64,000 nucleotides of DNA from Deinococcus sp. (GCA_965261005.1 OZ253375.1:1984001-2048000), one strand, 5' to 3'; counted from the stretch's first letter, positions 34,352 to 45,973 are shown. Numbers and translations: made by a program. The notes: generated from the letters alone by a model not told the origin.

Positions 34352-36595
34352 CTACGCCCCGCCGGCCAGCAATTTGTCCAGCGTGACCGGGAGGTCGCGC
34401 ACCCGCACGCCGGTCGCGTGGTAGACGGCGTTGGCGATGGCGGCGGCGACGCCCACGATGGGCAGCTCGCCGATGCCCTTGGCGCCCATCGGGTTGATAT
34501 GGGGGTCCACCTCCTCCAGGTAGACCGGCTCCAGCACCGGGATGTCGGCGTTGACCGGCACCAGGTATTCAGAGAGGTTGGCGTTGGTGATGCGCCCGAA
34601 GCGCGCGTCACGGTGGGTCTCCTCCAGCAGCGCCATGCCGACGCCGCCGACCACGCCGCCGAGGGCCTGGCTGCGCGCCATCAGCGGGTTGATGATGCGC
34701 CCGGTCGCCAGGGCGCTCACCACCCGGCGCACCCGGATTTCCAGCACGTCGGGGTCCACCGTAACTTGGGCGAAGTGCGCGCCGAAGCTCCAAAAGGAGT
34801 ACTGCTTGCGCTCGTCCCCCGGCCCGGCGCTCTCGTGGCCCTCCAGCGAGGCGAGGCGCCGTCGGGCCATCAGGTCGGCGTAATCCTCGCCTCGCGATGG
34901 GTCGCCGCTCAGGTACAGCCGCCCGTCCCGCACCTGCACGCCGGCGGGGTCGGCGCCGTACAGCGGCGAGCGGCGGTCCTTGACGGCCAGCGCCACGGCC
35001 TGAGCGCGAATGCTGCGTGCCGAGGCCAGCACCGCCGGGCCGAGGCTGGCGAGCATCTGCGAGCCGCCCTGTACCGGGGCGTAGGGGAAGTCGGTGTCGC
35101 CCAGCTCGACCTTGACCTGGTTCGCCTGAATGCCCACGGCGTCGGCGGCGATCTGGGCCATGGCGGTGTAGGTGCCCGGCCCCATGTCGCTCGACGAGCT
35201 GCGCACGGTCGCGGTGCCGCCCTGCGCCAAAATAACCCGCGCGCTGGCGCCGGTGCGGTTGGCCGGGTAGACGGCGCTGGCCATGCCCAGGCCGACCAGC
35301 AGGCGCCCGTCTTTCATGGAGCCGGGCTGGGGCGTGCGGCGCGCCCAATCGAAGCGGCGGGCGCCCTCCGCGTAGCAGGCGCGCAGCGACTTGCTCGACC
35401 ACGGCAGGTCCTTTTCGGGGTCCCGCTCGGCGTAGTTTCGCAGCCGCAACTCGACGGGGTCCAGCTTGAGGGCGTAGGCCAGCTCGTCCAGCGCGCTTTC
35501 CAAGGCGTAGGCGCCGCTGGTCTCGCCGGGGCCGCGCATAAAGGTCGGGGTGGAGACGTTCATGCCGACCAAGCGGTAGGTGGTCCGCACGCTGGGGCAG
35601 GCGTAGAGCATGCGAGCCGGGCCGAGGGTGGCCTCGGTGTACTCCTCGTAGGTGCTGGTCTGGGCGGTCGCCTCCTGCACGATGGAGGTGAGCTGGCCGT
35701 CCGCCGTGGCCCCCAAGCGGACGCGCTGCTCGGTCAGGGGCCGGAAGCCGGTCGTGCCGTACATCTGCTCGCGCGACAGCGACAGCTTGACCGGGCGCCC
35801 CACCGCCTTGGCGGCCATCGCGGTCAGGACGACGTGCGGCCAAGTCCGCCCCGCGCTGCCGAAGCCGCCCCCGACAAAGGGCGAGAAGACCCGCACCTGG
35901 TCGGCGGGCAAACCGAAGTCGAGGGCCAGCCGGCTGCGGGCGCTGGCGGGCCACTGGGTCTTGTCGTACAAGGTGAGCTTGCCCCCCGACCACACGGCGA
36001 TGGTCGCGTGGGTCTCCATGGGGTTGTGGTGCTCGGTCGGAATGGTGTAGGTGGCGTCCACCCGCGCGGCGGCGCCCGCGTAGCCCGCGTCCGGGTCGCC
36101 GCGCTGGTAGTCGGAGGGATTGCTCGGGTCGGGTTCCAGGCGTGACTCGTTGGGCGCGAAGGCGCGCGCCTTTGCGGCCTGGAAGTCGGTGGCCGCCTGT
36201 TCGGGGGCGTAGCTCACCCGCACCAAGGCGGCGGCGTGTTCGGCGCGGCTGAGGGTGTCGGCCACCACGACGGCGACGTACTGGCGGTCGAAGAGTACCT
36301 GGTCGTCCTGAAGGGGGTGCAGCGGGTGGCCGACCTTGGGGTCGGCGTTCAGCTTCTGGGCCTGCGGCTTGAAGGGCAGCTTGGGGGCGTTTTGGTGGGT
36401 CAGGATCGCCAGCACGCCGGGGGCGCGCTGGGCCTCGCGCAGATCGAAGCCGGTCACGCGCCCTTTCGGAATGGTGCTGAGAACCGGCACGGCGTGGACG
36501 ACGCCGCGAATGGGGTACTCGGCCGCGTAGCGCGCCTTGCCCGTCACCTTGGCGCGCCCCTCGACGCGCATCACCGGCTTGCCGACGGCGCTCAC
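34352..36595 (-). CDS. Aldehyde oxidoreductase molybdopterin subunit (PaoC/YagR type)
   Basis: KVTGKARYAAE, HNPME, VGGGFG, MRGPGE, AKGIGE. Confidence 0.92.
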   Translation of the reverse strand: MSAVGKPVMRVEGRAKVTGKARYAAEYPIRGVVHAVPVLSTIPKGRVTGFDLREAQRAPGVLAILTHQNAPKLPFKPQAQKLNADPKVGHPLHPLQDDQVLFDRQYVAVVVADTLSRAEHAAALVRVSYAPEQAATDFQAAKARAFAPNESRLEPDPSNPSDYQRGDPDAGYAGAAARVDATYTIPTEHHNPMETHATIAVWSGGKLTLYDKTQWPASARSRLALDFGLPADQVRVFSPFVGGGFGSAGRTWPHVVLTAMAAKAVGRPVKLSLSREQMYGTTGFRPLTEQRVRLGATADGQLTSIVQEATAQTSTYEEYTEATLGPARMLYACPSVRTTYRLVGMNVSTPTFMRGPGETSGAYALESALDELAYALKLDPVELRLRNYAERDPEKDLPWSSKSLRACYAEGARRFDWARRTPQPGSMKDGRLLVGLGMASAVYPANRTGASARVILAQGGTATVRSSSSDMGPGTYTAMAQIAADAVGIQANQVKVELGDTDFPYAPVQGGSQMLASLGPAVLASARSIRAQAVALAVKDRRSPLYGADPAGVQVRDGRLYLSGDPSRGEDYADLMARRRLASLEGHESAGPGDERKQYSFWSFGAHFAQVTVDPDVLEIRVRRVVSALATGRIINPLMARSQALGGVVGGVGMALLEETHRDARFGRITNANLSEYLVPVNADIPVLEPVYLEEVDPHINPMGAKGIGELPIVGVAAAIANAVYHATGVRVRDLPVTLDKLLAGGA

Positions 36596-37581
36596 GCGGC
36601 ACCCCCCGCCACGATTTCCAGCGCCCGGACCAGCGTTCTCTGCGCCAACGGCACCTTAAAGGCGTTTTGGCCGCGGGGGACGGCGCCGGTCAGGGCCACG
36701 GCCGCCGCCCGCTCGAAGGTGGCGCGGGTCGCCGTTTTGCCGACCAAGGCCGCCTCGGCCTCCGGGGAGCGCCACGGCTTGGTGCCGACCCCGCCCAGGG
36801 CGACGCGCGCCGACAGGATCACGCCGCCCGCCACGCTCAGGCCCACGGCGGCCGAGCTGAGCGAGAACTCGTAGGAAGCCCGGTCGCGCACCTTGAGGTA
36901 GTGCGAGTTGGCCGCGTGCCGCGCCCCCGGCAGGTCCACGCCCAGGATCAACTCTCCCGGCGTCAGGACCGTCTCGATCTGCGGGGTGTCCCCCGGCACC
37001 AGGTGGAAATCCACCAGCGGAATGGTCCGGTCCCCCCTCGGCCCGCGCACCCGCACGGCCGCGTCGAGGGCGACCATCGCCACCGCCATGTCCCCGGCGT
37101 AGGCGGCGATGCAGCTCTCGCTGGTGCCCAGCACCGCCTGCATGCGGTTCTCGCCCGCCAGAGCGCCGCAGCCCGTTCCCGGCTCGCGCTTGTTGCACGG
37201 CAGGGCGGTGTCGCGGAAGTAGGGGCAGCGGGTCCGCTGAAGCAAGTTGCCGCCGATGCTGGCCTTGTTGCGCAGCTGCGGCGAGGCGCTGAGTAGCAGG
37301 GCCTGCGACACGGCCGGAAAGCCGCGCACGATCAGGGGGTGCGCGGCCAGCTCGCTCATGCGGACCAGGGCGCCGACGCGCACCCCGCCGCCCGGCAAAG
37401 CGTCAACACTTTTCAGCGGCAAGGCGTTCAGGTCCACCACGCTGCCGGGGGTCTCGACATTGATGCGCATCAGGTCCACCAGGTTGGTGCCCCCGGCGAT
37501 GAACTTGGCCCCGGGGTTCCCCGCCACCGCCACCACGGCGTCTCCCGGCAGCGTCACCTTTTGGTAATTAAACGCCCGCAC
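36592..37581 (-). CDS. Aldehyde oxidoreductase FAD subunit (PaoB/YagS type)
   Basis: AGGTNLVDLM, GGNLLQRTRCPYFRD, KVRDRASYEF. Confidence 0.92.
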   Translation of the reverse strand: MRAFNYQKVTLPGDAVVAVAGNPGAKFIAGGTNLVDLMRINVETPGSVVDLNALPLKSVDALPGGGVRVGALVRMSELAAHPLIVRGFPAVSQALLLSASPQLRNKASIGGNLLQRTRCPYFRDTALPCNKREPGTGCGALAGENRMQAVLGTSESCIAAYAGDMAVAMVALDAAVRVRGPRGDRTIPLVDFHLVPGDTPQIETVLTPGELILGVDLPGARHAANSHYLKVRDRASYEFSLSSAAVGLSVAGGVILSARVALGGVGTKPWRSPEAEAALVGKTATRATFERAAAVALTGAVPRGQNAFKVPLAQRTLVRALEIVAGGAA

Positions 37582-38218
37582 GGTCCCCCGCCTTCACGTC
37601 CTGAATGGCGTCCACGATGCCGTTGTAGGCGCCACAGCGGCAGATGTTGCCGCTCATCCACTCGCGAATCTCGGCGTCGCTGTTGGCGTGCCCCTCCTGC
37701 AAGAGCGCCACCGCGCTCATGATCTGCCCGGAGGTGCAGTAGCCGCACTGAAACCCCTCGTGCTCGATAAAGGCGGCCTGTACGGGGTGCAGCTCGCCGC
37801 CCGTCGCCAATCCCTCGACGGTGGTGATCTCCTGCCCGTCGTGCATCACGGCCAGGGCCAGGCACGAGTTGATGCGCGCGCCGTCCACCAACACGGTGCA
37901 GGCGCCGCAGGCCCCGTGGTTGCAGCCCTTTTTGGTGCCGGTCAGGCCGAGGTGTTCGCGCAGGGTGTCGAGCAGGCTGACGCGCGGCTCTAGCTTAAGG
38001 GCCTGCGCCCGGCCGTTGACGCGCAGCTGCACGTCCACCAGTTCGCCCGTCGCGTCCGGCACGGCCTGCGCGGCGGCGGGGCGCAGCGTGAGGGCGGCGC
38101 CCACGGCGGCGCTGCCCGCCAGAAAGGTGCGGCGGGACAGCTGCAAGGGCGCAGCCCCTTCGGTCGGGCGGTCTTCCGCCGGGTCGTCGCGCTCGTTTCG
38201 TTCGGGGGTATGGGTCAT
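37568..38218 (-). CDS. Aldehyde oxidoreductase 2Fe-2S subunit with Tat signal (PaoA/YagT type)
   Basis: SRRTFL Tat motif; GCNHGACGAC, QCGYC, CRC. Confidence 0.92.
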   Translation of the reverse strand: MTHTPERNERDDPAEDRPTEGAAPLQLSRRTFLAGSAAVGAALTLRPAAAQAVPDATGELVDVQLRVNGRAQALKLEPRVSLLDTLREHLGLTGTKKGCNHGACGACTVLVDGARINSCLALAVMHDGQEITTVEGLATGGELHPVQAAFIEHEGFQCGYCTSGQIMSAVALLQEGHANSDAEIREWMSGNICRCGAYNGIVDAIQDVKAGDRAGV

Positions 38219-38460
38219 CGTGGCCTCCGGGGGGGGAAATGGCGTGAGACGGACGCGCTGGGCCAATCAGATCGGGTCGGGCAGATGAAGTGAGTTGGCC
38301 GGGTTCATGATGCCGCGTTCATGTGGCCCACCGTGACGCGCCGGCCGTCCTTCTCTTCATTGAGCGTTCATCTCATGTTCGCCGTCCGCTTCCCTTGAAG
38401 CTCAACGCCCGCTCAAGAACGGACGCGTCCATTCCATGTAAGGCGCCAACAAGATGGAGC

Positions 38461-39345
38461 ATGTCGTCCCGCCTCCTTCCGCTCGCGCTGCTCATCGGCC
38501 TGACCTCGGCCGGCGCCCTGCCCGACAGCGTCACCCTCAAGAACATTCGCCACGAGTACCAGGGGCCGGACAACTGCGCCCCCGTGACGGCCCTGACCGT
38601 GCTGGGCTACTACGGCACCCGCGTCAGTCAGGCGCGGGCGGCGAGCGCCCTCAAGGACGGGGCGAGTGACCCGCAGGTGAGCAGCCTGGAACTGGCCTCT
38701 TACTTGGGCCGCTTCGGGCTGCGCAGCATGATCCGCTACGCGGGCACGCCGGAGTTGCTGCGCGAGCTGGTGGCGCGTGGCGTCCCGGTGGTCGTGCAGC
38801 AGCGCCTGAGGGCGGACAGCAACGTGGCGCACTTTCGCACGGTGTACGGCTACAAAGGGGGACGCTTTCTGACCAGCGACTCGCTGCGCGGGCCGCAGCT
38901 GTGGCTGAGCGAGGCCGAGCTGATGGACCTATGGCACTTCTACAACGGCGAGTACCTGGTGGCCTACCCGCCCTCCAAGGCAGGCGCGGTGGCGGAGGTG
39001 CTGGGGGATGATGTGAGCGCGGCGGCCAATTGGCGGCGGCTGAGGACCATCGAGGAGCACAACGTGGTGGCCGACCCGAACGACCCCTACAACTGGTGGG
39101 GGCTGGGCAAGGCCAATTTGCGGCTGGGCAACGTGAAGGCGGCGGCGGCCAACTTTGACCGGGCGGTGGCGGCGGGCGTGCCCCCCCTTTACTATCTGTA
39201 CCGGCAGGAGGCTTTTGAAGCCTGGACGAAGGCGGGGCAATACCAAAAGACCCTCAAGTACGCCCAGCGCGCCCTGAAGTACGATCCGAACAGCAAGGAG
39301 CTGCTGCGCTACCGCAAGCTGGCGCAATCGAACCTGGACGGCTAG
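38461..39345 (+). CDS. Secreted C39-like peptidase with C-terminal TPR
   Basis: Signal peptide; YQGPDNCAP, HFRTVYGY, DS; TPR-like tail. Confidence 0.75.
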   Translation: MSSRLLPLALLIGLTSAGALPDSVTLKNIRHEYQGPDNCAPVTALTVLGYYGTRVSQARAASALKDGASDPQVSSLELASYLGRFGLRSMIRYAGTPELLRELVARGVPVVVQQRLRADSNVAHFRTVYGYKGGRFLTSDSLRGPQLWLSEAELMDLWHFYNGEYLVAYPPSKAGAVAEVLGDDVSAAANWRRLRTIEEHNVVADPNDPYNWWGLGKANLRLGNVKAAAANFDRAVAAGVPPLYYLYRQEAFEAWTKAGQYQKTLKYAQRALKYDPNSKELLRYRKLAQSNLDG

Positions 39346-39427
39346 CCCCAGGAACCTGACCTCGGGAACCCCCAGCTCATTATCTCGTATTCATCTCCGA
39401 AGGGGCATTCAACCCCGGAGGAGACGT

Positions 39428-40390
39428 ATGTTCGCTCAACTTGGCATTGTGTTGGCGCTGATCGGCGTCGGTCTGTTCGTGTACGCGCGCTTGGGCCAGC
39501 CGAGGTATTCGGGCCTGGGCCTAGGTTTGCTGGGCGTCGGGGCGGTGGTCGCCATTGTCGGCGGCGCACTGGTGATCGTGCCGGCGGGGCAAGTGGGCGT
39601 GGTGTTCAGCGCGCTGTCCGGTGTGAAGCCAGGTTCACTCGGCGAGGGCGTTCACTTCGTCACGCCCGGCGTTGACAAGGTCATTCTCTACGAGGCCCGC
39701 TTGCAGGAGATCACCCTCTCGCGCGTCGGCGAGGGCGGTCCCAACACCGACGACAGCATTCCGGCGCGCTCCAAGGAGGGCCTCGATATCTCGGCCGACG
39801 TGACGGTGCAGTTCCGGGTGCTGCGTCCCGAGGCCGCGCGGCTGCACAAGGAGCTGGGACCGAGGTACATCGAGACGGTCATTCGCCCGCAGGTGCGCAG
39901 CAAGGTGCGCGACGCCATCGGACAATTCAATGCCGCCGACCTGATCTCCACCAAGCGCCAAGAGGTTGAGAGCCAAGTGACGCGCTCCCTGACCGAGGTG
40001 TTCGCCAAGAACCACCTGGAGTTGGTGGGCGTGCTGCTGCGCGAGCTGCGCATTCCCGCGTCCATCCAAAAGGCCATCGAGGAGAAGCAGGCCGCCGAGC
40101 AGAACGTCCAGACCGAGCGCAACCGCCTTCAGCAGGCCAACGTGGCCGCCCAGCGCAAGGTGGTCGAGGCCGAGGGCGAGTCGAGGGCCGCCATCGCGCG
40201 GGCGCAGGGGGAGGCGCGCGCCCTCTCCTTGCGGGGCGCGGCCCTCAAGCAGAATCCCGAGATCATCCAGCTGACGGTGGCCGAAAAGCTCGCGCCCTCG
40301 ATTCAGACGGTGATGCTGCCGAGCGAGGGGAACTTCCTGCTCGACATCGGCGCCTTGACCAAGGGGAAGCTGGCGACGACCGGCCGCTGA
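39428..40390 (+). CDS. SPFH/prohibitin-family membrane protein
   Basis: N-terminal TMs, VPAGQVGV, SKEGL, AIEEKQ coiled coil. Confidence 0.9.
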   Translation: MFAQLGIVLALIGVGLFVYARLGQPRYSGLGLGLLGVGAVVAIVGGALVIVPAGQVGVVFSALSGVKPGSLGEGVHFVTPGVDKVILYEARLQEITLSRVGEGGPNTDDSIPARSKEGLDISADVTVQFRVLRPEAARLHKELGPRYIETVIRPQVRSKVRDAIGQFNAADLISTKRQEVESQVTRSLTEVFAKNHLELVGVLLRELRIPASIQKAIEEKQAAEQNVQTERNRLQQANVAAQRKVVEAEGESRAAIARAQGEARALSLRGAALKQNPEIIQLTVAEKLAPSIQTVMLPSEGNFLLDIGALTKGKLATTGR

Positions 40391-40541
40391 GCCAGGTTTG
40401 TGCAGGGCAGAGGACGTGACGTTCTCTGCCCTTTAACTCGACTGACTCACGCCCTACAGCTGTCAGTTCCCCGCTCCTCACCTGCCAATAAGGGCGATCC
40501 TGGCCCGAATCCCCCCGCTTCCCAGCCGCTAGACTCGGCGC

Positions 40542-41939
40542 ATGGATTACGACTACGACCTGTTGGTGATCGGCGCCGGCCCCGGCGGCTACCACGCGGC
40601 CATTCGCGGGGCGCAACTTGGCCTGAAGGTCGCCTGCGCCGAGATGGACAGCCTGGGCGGGGTGTGCCTGAACATCGGCTGCATTCCCACCAAGGCGCTG
40701 CTGCACGCCGGCGAGGAGCTGCGCGCCAGCAAGCACGCGGCGGACTTCGGGCTGACCTTCGGGGAGACCCAGCTCGACATCGCCAAGCTGAACGGCTGGA
40801 AGGACGGGATCGTGAGGACCCAGATCGGCGGCGTCGCGAGCCTGTTCAAGTCGAACAAGGTGACGCACCTCAAGGGCCAAGCGAAGTTTCTCGACCCCCA
40901 TACCGTGCAGGTCGGCGACCAAAAGGTGAGCGCGGCCAGCATCATCGTCGCCACCGGCTCGGAGGCGGCGAATCTGCCGGGCTTCACGGTGGACCAGCAA
41001 AAAATCGTGGACTCGACCGGCGCCCTGGTGATCCCCGATCCGCTCCCGAAGCGCATGCTCGCCATCGGCGCGGGGGCCATCGGGCTGGAGTTCGCGCAGG
41101 TCTACAGCAACATGGGCACCCAGGTGAAGGTGATCGAGTTCGCCCCGCAGATCGTGCCCGCCGCCGACGCGGACGCGGCGAAGGAGCTGCTCAAAATTCT
41201 GCGCAAGCAAGGGATCGAGATTCAGCTGGGGACCAAGGCGAACGGCCTGAGCGAAAAGAACGGCGAGCTGCACGTCGAGCTGGAGGACGTGAACAGTGGC
41301 GAGCAGCGGGTCGAAATTTTCGACCGGGTGCTGGTGGCCGTCGGCCGCAAGCCCCGTAGCGCGGGTCTGGGCCTGGAGGAGGCGGGCGTGCAGGTGGGCG
41401 AGCGCGGCTTCATCCCCGTGAACAAAAAGATGCAGACCGACGTGGCGCACATCTACGCCATCGGCGACGTGATCGGCAACCCCATGCTGGCCCACAAGGC
41501 GATGAAGGAGGGCTTGGTCGCCGCCGAAGTCGCGGCCGGCAAAAAGGCCGAGATGGACGTGGTCGCCATGCCCGCCGTCGTCTACACCACCCCTGAACTC
41601 GCCTGGGTGGGCTTGACCGAGTCGGAGGCGCGGGCGCGGGGCTACAGCGTCAAGACCGGGCGCTTTCCCTTCACGGCCTCGGGCCGGGCGCGCACGCTGG
41701 GGGACACCGACGGCTTCGTGAAGATGATCGCGGATGAAGGCAGCGACCTGCTTTTGGGCGTCCATATCGTCGCGCCGCACGGCAGCGACTTCCTTTCCGA
41801 GGCGGGCCTCGCGCTGGAGATGGCCGCCACCGTCAGCGACATCAGCCTGACGGTCCATGCCCACCCGACGCTTTCAGAGGCCGTGATGGAGGCCGCCGAG
41901 AACGTCCACAAGCAGGCCATTCACATCATCAACCGGTAA
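40542..41939 (+). CDS. lpdA: Dihydrolipoamide dehydrogenase
   Basis: [28 protein letters not shown]. Confidence 0.96.
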   Translation: MDYDYDLLVIGAGPGGYHAAIRGAQLGLKVACAEMDSLGGVCLNIGCIPTKALLHAGEELRASKHAADFGLTFGETQLDIAKLNGWKDGIVRTQIGGVASLFKSNKVTHLKGQAKFLDPHTVQVGDQKVSAASIIVATGSEAANLPGFTVDQQKIVDSTGALVIPDPLPKRMLAIGAGAIGLEFAQVYSNMGTQVKVIEFAPQIVPAADADAAKELLKILRKQGIEIQLGTKANGLSEKNGELHVELEDVNSGEQRVEIFDRVLVAVGRKPRSAGLGLEEAGVQVGERGFIPVNKKMQTDVAHIYAIGDVIGNPMLAHKAMKEGLVAAEVAAGKKAEMDVVAMPAVVYTTPELAWVGLTESEARARGYSVKTGRFPFTASGRARTLGDTDGFVKMIADEGSDLLLGVHIVAPHGSDFLSEAGLALEMAATVSDISLTVHAHPTLSEAVMEAAENVHKQAIHIINR

Positions 41940-41964
41940 AAGAGAACGCCCCTCCCTGCCCCTC

Positions 41965-42402
41965 TCAGTTCGCCAGGTACCGCACAAACGAGCGCATGTC
42001 GTTCACGCAGGGGTCTTGTTCGCCCTGTTTGGCGCTGCCGGTGTAAGTGCGCAGTTTGCCGCCGCTGGGCAGGTAGAGCTGGGTCACGACGTAGGGACCG
42101 CCGTCCGCGTCCAGGGTATAGCTGGCCAGCAGGCCCCAATTGCCGGGGCGCTCGACCGCTTGGGTGACCACGTCCTGCAACTTTTTGGCGTACAGAGCTT
42201 GCTGCAACCTCGCGGCGAGCTTTTGGGCCGCTTCCTGGTCTGTCAGCGCGGGAAAGGCTTGGTCGAGCGCCTCGCCGCGCAGCAGGCAGGCGCCCGAATC
42301 GGCGGCCCAGGTGCCCTCACCCTGGGCGCTCCAGCCTTGGTAGGGCAGCGTGTAGGCGAACGCCACCGAAAGCAGCGCGCGGGGCAGGGGCGGTCTGGAC
42401 AC
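41965..42402 (-). CDS. Hypothetical protein
   Basis: 145-aa ORF with plausible composition; start uncertain. Confidence 0.55.
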   Translation of the reverse strand: MSRPPLPRALLSVAFAYTLPYQGWSAQGEGTWAADSGACLLRGEALDQAFPALTDQEAAQKLAARLQQALYAKKLQDVVTQAVERPGNWGLLASYTLDADGGPYVVTQLYLPSGGKLRTYTGSAKQGEQDPCVNDMRSFVRYLAN

Positions 42403-42466
42403 CCGGCCAGGCTAATCAAGGCCGGACTGAGAAGCGTGGCAAGCCGCCAAGCCGCCGCAAAGTCCG

Positions 42467-42964
42467 TCAGTCGCCGCTGGGCGCACGCGCAAGGGATGCC
42501 GGCGCGTCGGCCTCGCGGCGGTATAGCGCCAAGAAGAGCAGCAGCCCCAGGCCGCTCATGGCGAGCGGCGCGCTGACGGGGGCGGGGCCGTTGAGCCAGT
42601 TGGGTGTGGGCGCGGGCAAACCGAACAGGCCCGCCTCGCCCGGCCTCGCCTCGGGCGAGGTGCCCCGGTCGCCCACCCGACCGGCCTGACGCAGCTCCGG
42701 GTTGACACCGGTATGCTCCAGCGCGCCCCATAAGCCGGCCACGACCAGCAGCGCGCCCACGGCGCGCAGCGTGAGGCGTGAGGCCGGCCCGTCGGCGAGC
42801 AGATACCACCCGCCCGCGACCACGCCCAGAAAAATGGCCACAAAGGGGATCAGCTGCCCCGGATCGTACCAATGGCCGACGGCGGCCAGCTCCGCCGCCA
42901 GGCCCAGCAAGCCGAGCAAACCGAAGGCGACGAGGGTCTTGCGCAGGATGAGCACGTGATTCAT
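42467..42964 (-). CDS. Membrane protein downstream of two-component system
   Basis: AGGAGG RBS; four hydrophobic segments. Confidence 0.7.
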   Translation of the reverse strand: MNHVLILRKTLVAFGLLGLLGLAAELAAVGHWYDPGQLIPFVAIFLGVVAGGWYLLADGPASRLTLRAVGALLVVAGLWGALEHTGVNPELRQAGRVGDRGTSPEARPGEAGLFGLPAPTPNWLNGPAPVSAPLAMSGLGLLLFLALYRREADAPASLARAPSGD

Positions 42965-43011
42965 GAACGGTCCTCCTGAAACCACTACACGCCCGCCGTG
43001 TTGGGTGGGGG

Positions 43012-44316
43012 TTAAGAATGGAGTGGGGGATCAGAAAACGTCACCGTGACGCACAGGCCGCCCGGTCGCCCGTTCTTGAAGCTCAGCTCGGCGTCGTGCG
43101 CGTCCACTACCCGCCGCACGATGGCGAGGCCGAGGCCGTTGCCGTCACTGCCCCGCGCGGCGTCCGTCCGGTAAAAGGGTTCGCCCAGGCGGGGCAGGGC
43201 CGACTCGGGCACGCCCGGACCCGAGTCGGAGACCGTCAAATGGACGCCCTTCCCGTCTCCCACAACCTGCACGCGCATGTCGCCGCCGCCGTGGCGCAAG
43301 GCGTTGCCGATCAGGTTTTCCAGCAGCTGGGTCAGCAGCGCCTCGTCGCCGAGCACCGCCGCGTTTCCGCGCGTCTCGAAGTCCAGCCGCGCGTCGGGGG
43401 CGCGCTCGCGGGCGCGGTCCACCGCCTCGCCCGCCAGGCGCGCGAGGTCGAGCGGCGCGAGCTGCACCTCCCGCGCGCCGCGCGCCAGCAGCAGCAGGTG
43501 GTCGGTGAGGCGCCGCATGCGCTCCACGTCCGTCAGGGCCTCGGCGATGTCCTCGCGCAACTCGGCCCCGTCGCGCGGCCCGGCCAGCGCGCCTTGCAGC
43601 CGCATTTTCAGGGCCGCCAGCGGCGAGCGCAGGTCGTGGGCGGCGGCGCGGGTAAAGGCTTCCTCGCGCTCGCGCACGGCCGCGAGCCGCGCGAAGGCCG
43701 CTTGCAGGGTGTTCGCCAGCCGCCCGAGTTCGTCGCGCCGCCCCACCCCCGGCAGCGGCGCGCGCAAATCGCCCTCGCCGCCCACCTTGGCCGCCGCCTC
43801 TTGTAGGCGCGCCAGCGGCAGCAGCAGCCGCCCCGCCAAGGCGAAGCTGAGCAGCGCCACCAAGGCCGCCGCCGTCGGCACCGTGACCGCCAGCGCCCGC
43901 AGGTAGGCCCGCAGCGGATTCACGACGCCCAGCACGTCGCTGGCGAGCTGGGCCGTGGCCGGTCCCCCGTTCAGCTCGATGGTCGCGACCAGGACATTGT
44001 GGCCCGCACGCGGTTCGTAGCCCGGCGGCAAATCGGGCGGAATGGGCGGGTAGTTCGGCGTTTGCGCCAGCACCCGCCCATCCCGCAGCACCCGCACGTC
44101 CACGTTGCGCGGCAATCCCGTGATTTCGGGCGCCGTGATGGTGGGCGAGTTGGCGCTCAGGGCGCTCTCCAGCTTGGGCAGCAGCGTTTCCAAACGTTCG
44201 TGCTCTGCCAGCGCCAAAAACGAGCGCAGCGCCAGGAACTGCACCGCCGCGACCACCAAGACGACCACGGCGGTTTGCAAAGCCACCCCCAGGGCGAGGC
44301 GCGCGCGAATGGTCAC
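43012..44316 (-). CDS. Sensor histidine kinase (HAMP-HisKA-HATPase)
   Basis: [27 protein letters not shown]. Confidence 0.93.
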   Translation of the reverse strand: MTIRARLALGVALQTAVVVLVVAAVQFLALRSFLALAEHERLETLLPKLESALSANSPTITAPEITGLPRNVDVRVLRDGRVLAQTPNYPPIPPDLPPGYEPRAGHNVLVATIELNGGPATAQLASDVLGVVNPLRAYLRALAVTVPTAAALVALLSFALAGRLLLPLARLQEAAAKVGGEGDLRAPLPGVGRRDELGRLANTLQAAFARLAAVREREEAFTRAAAHDLRSPLAALKMRLQGALAGPRDGAELREDIAEALTDVERMRRLTDHLLLLARGAREVQLAPLDLARLAGEAVDRARERAPDARLDFETRGNAAVLGDEALLTQLLENLIGNALRHGGGDMRVQVVGDGKGVHLTVSDSGPGVPESALPRLGEPFYRTDAARGSDGNGLGLAIVRRVVDAHDAELSFKNGRPGGLCVTVTFSDPPLHS

Positions 44317-44969
44317 GGGACGCGGTAGCCCAGCCCGCGCGAACTCTCGATCACGACCGGCGCCAGCTTGCGCCGCAGGTAGCTGACGTACACGTCCACC
44401 ACGCGCGCCTCGCCCATGAAGTCCGGCCCCCACACCCGTGACAGCAGCTCCGCTCGCGTGAACCACCTTCCCTTGGAGAGAACCAGGGTTTCGAGCAAGG
44501 CGTACTCGCGCGCCGTGAGGCCGACCGCCTGATCCTGCCACCACACCTGCCGCCGCTTCGCGTCGAGCAGGCCCGAGCCGCCGAACCCGGTGCGCGCGCT
44601 GCGCACGCCCTCGCCACGCCGCACCACCGCGCGCAGGGTGGCGAGCAGCTCGGGCAGCTCGAAGGGTTTGACCAGGTAGGCGTCCCCGCCGAGGTCGAGG
44701 CCCTCCACCCGGTCTTCGAGGGCGCCCCTGGCCGTCAGAAAGACGATGGGGGTGTCCTGCCCCTCGGCGCGCAGGCGGCGCGCCAACTCGAAGCCGTCCA
44801 CGCCGGGCAGCATCACGTCGAGCAGCAGCGCGGCGAAGCCCCCTTCGCGCGCCGCCGCCAGGCCGCGCACCCCGTCCGCCTCCAAGCGGACCTCGTGCCC
44901 CACGTCCGTCAGCGCGCGGGCGGTGGGCCGCGCGATGCGCGCGTCGTCCTCGACCAGCAGCAGCCTCAT
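44313..44969 (-). CDS. OmpR-family response regulator
   Basis: [28 protein letters not shown]. Confidence 0.95.
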   Translation of the reverse strand: MRLLLVEDDARIARPTARALTDVGHEVRLEADGVRGLAAAREGGFAALLLDVMLPGVDGFELARRLRAEGQDTPIVFLTARGALEDRVEGLDLGGDAYLVKPFELPELLATLRAVVRRGEGVRSARTGFGGSGLLDAKRRQVWWQDQAVGLTAREYALLETLVLSKGRWFTRAELLSRVWGPDFMGEARVVDVYVSYLRRKLAPVVIESSRGLGYRVP

Positions 44970-45177
44970 GTGGGGGTGCGCGCGAATCTCAAAAGAAGGG
45001 GCGTGTGCATCTTCCCAGGCTACGTGACCCGCATCAAACGGGCGTAAGAATCCCTTCTGAGACGATGTTCAGGCGGCCTTAAGCGCCGGGTTTCTCTTGC
45101 ATTCGTCTAACCGAGCGTTCCTAACCTTCTGACGGATCGCGCCACAAGGCGCGGACAATCTCACAAGGAGTCCCCAT

Positions 45178-45894
45178 ATGAAGAACATCGTCTTGCTCTC
45201 GGTTCTGCTGCTGTCCCCATCCCTGGCGCTCGCCCAGAATTCTGCCCAGTCGCCCGCCGGGCAGGTGCCGTCCACCAACGTCAACACCCCGCAGCCCAAC
45301 GTCGGCCAGCCCACCGCCCAAAACACCAACACCACCTCGCCCTTGCCGTACAACGTGCCCAGCGGCCTGCCGAGTGCCGGCACCGAGAACCTCAAAAAGA
45401 GCGTGGACGCCCTGCAAAACACCCTGACCGAGCTGCAAGACCTGCAACTTCAGGTCAAGCAGGCCCACTGGAACGTCTCGGGCACCCTCTTCTACACCCT
45501 GCACCAGCTGTTGCAAGAGCACTACGAGGGCCTGAGCAAGTACGCCGACAAGTGCGCCGAGCGCATCCTGTCGGTGGGCGCGTCCAGCGACGGGCGGGCC
45601 ATCACCATCGTGGGGGCGTCGAACCTGCCCGAGATTCCGGCCGGCTTCATTGACGACGCGCAGGTGATCCAGTTCTTCACCTACCAGTACGAGACGGTCG
45701 GCCAGCGCATTCACCAGCGCATTGGCGACGTGGAAAAGGTGGACCCCACCACGGCCAACACCCTCCAGGAGATCGAGTACGCCATCGAGCAGTACCAGTG
45801 GCAGTTCCGGGCCTTTTTGCAGAACACCCCCAAGGACCCCAACACGGGCTTCGACATCAACAACGCCAAGCCGGTGCCGCTGCGCGGGAAGTAA
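45178..45894 (+). CDS. dps: Dps-family ferritin-like protein with signal peptide
   Basis: KQAHWNVSG.F..LH, DKCAER; signal peptide ending ALA. Confidence 0.9.
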   Translation: MKNIVLLSVLLLSPSLALAQNSAQSPAGQVPSTNVNTPQPNVGQPTAQNTNTTSPLPYNVPSGLPSAGTENLKKSVDALQNTLTELQDLQLQVKQAHWNVSGTLFYTLHQLLQEHYEGLSKYADKCAERILSVGASSDGRAITIVGASNLPEIPAGFIDDAQVIQFFTYQYETVGQRIHQRIGDVEKVDPTTANTLQEIEYAIEQYQWQFRAFLQNTPKDPNTGFDINNAKPVPLRGK

Positions 45895-45973
45895 AGCTAA
45901 AGTCAGGCGGGGGAGAGAGCAAACTTTCCCCCGCCTCGCTTTGTCTCGAACGCTTCCGCTTGCAGTTGGGTGA

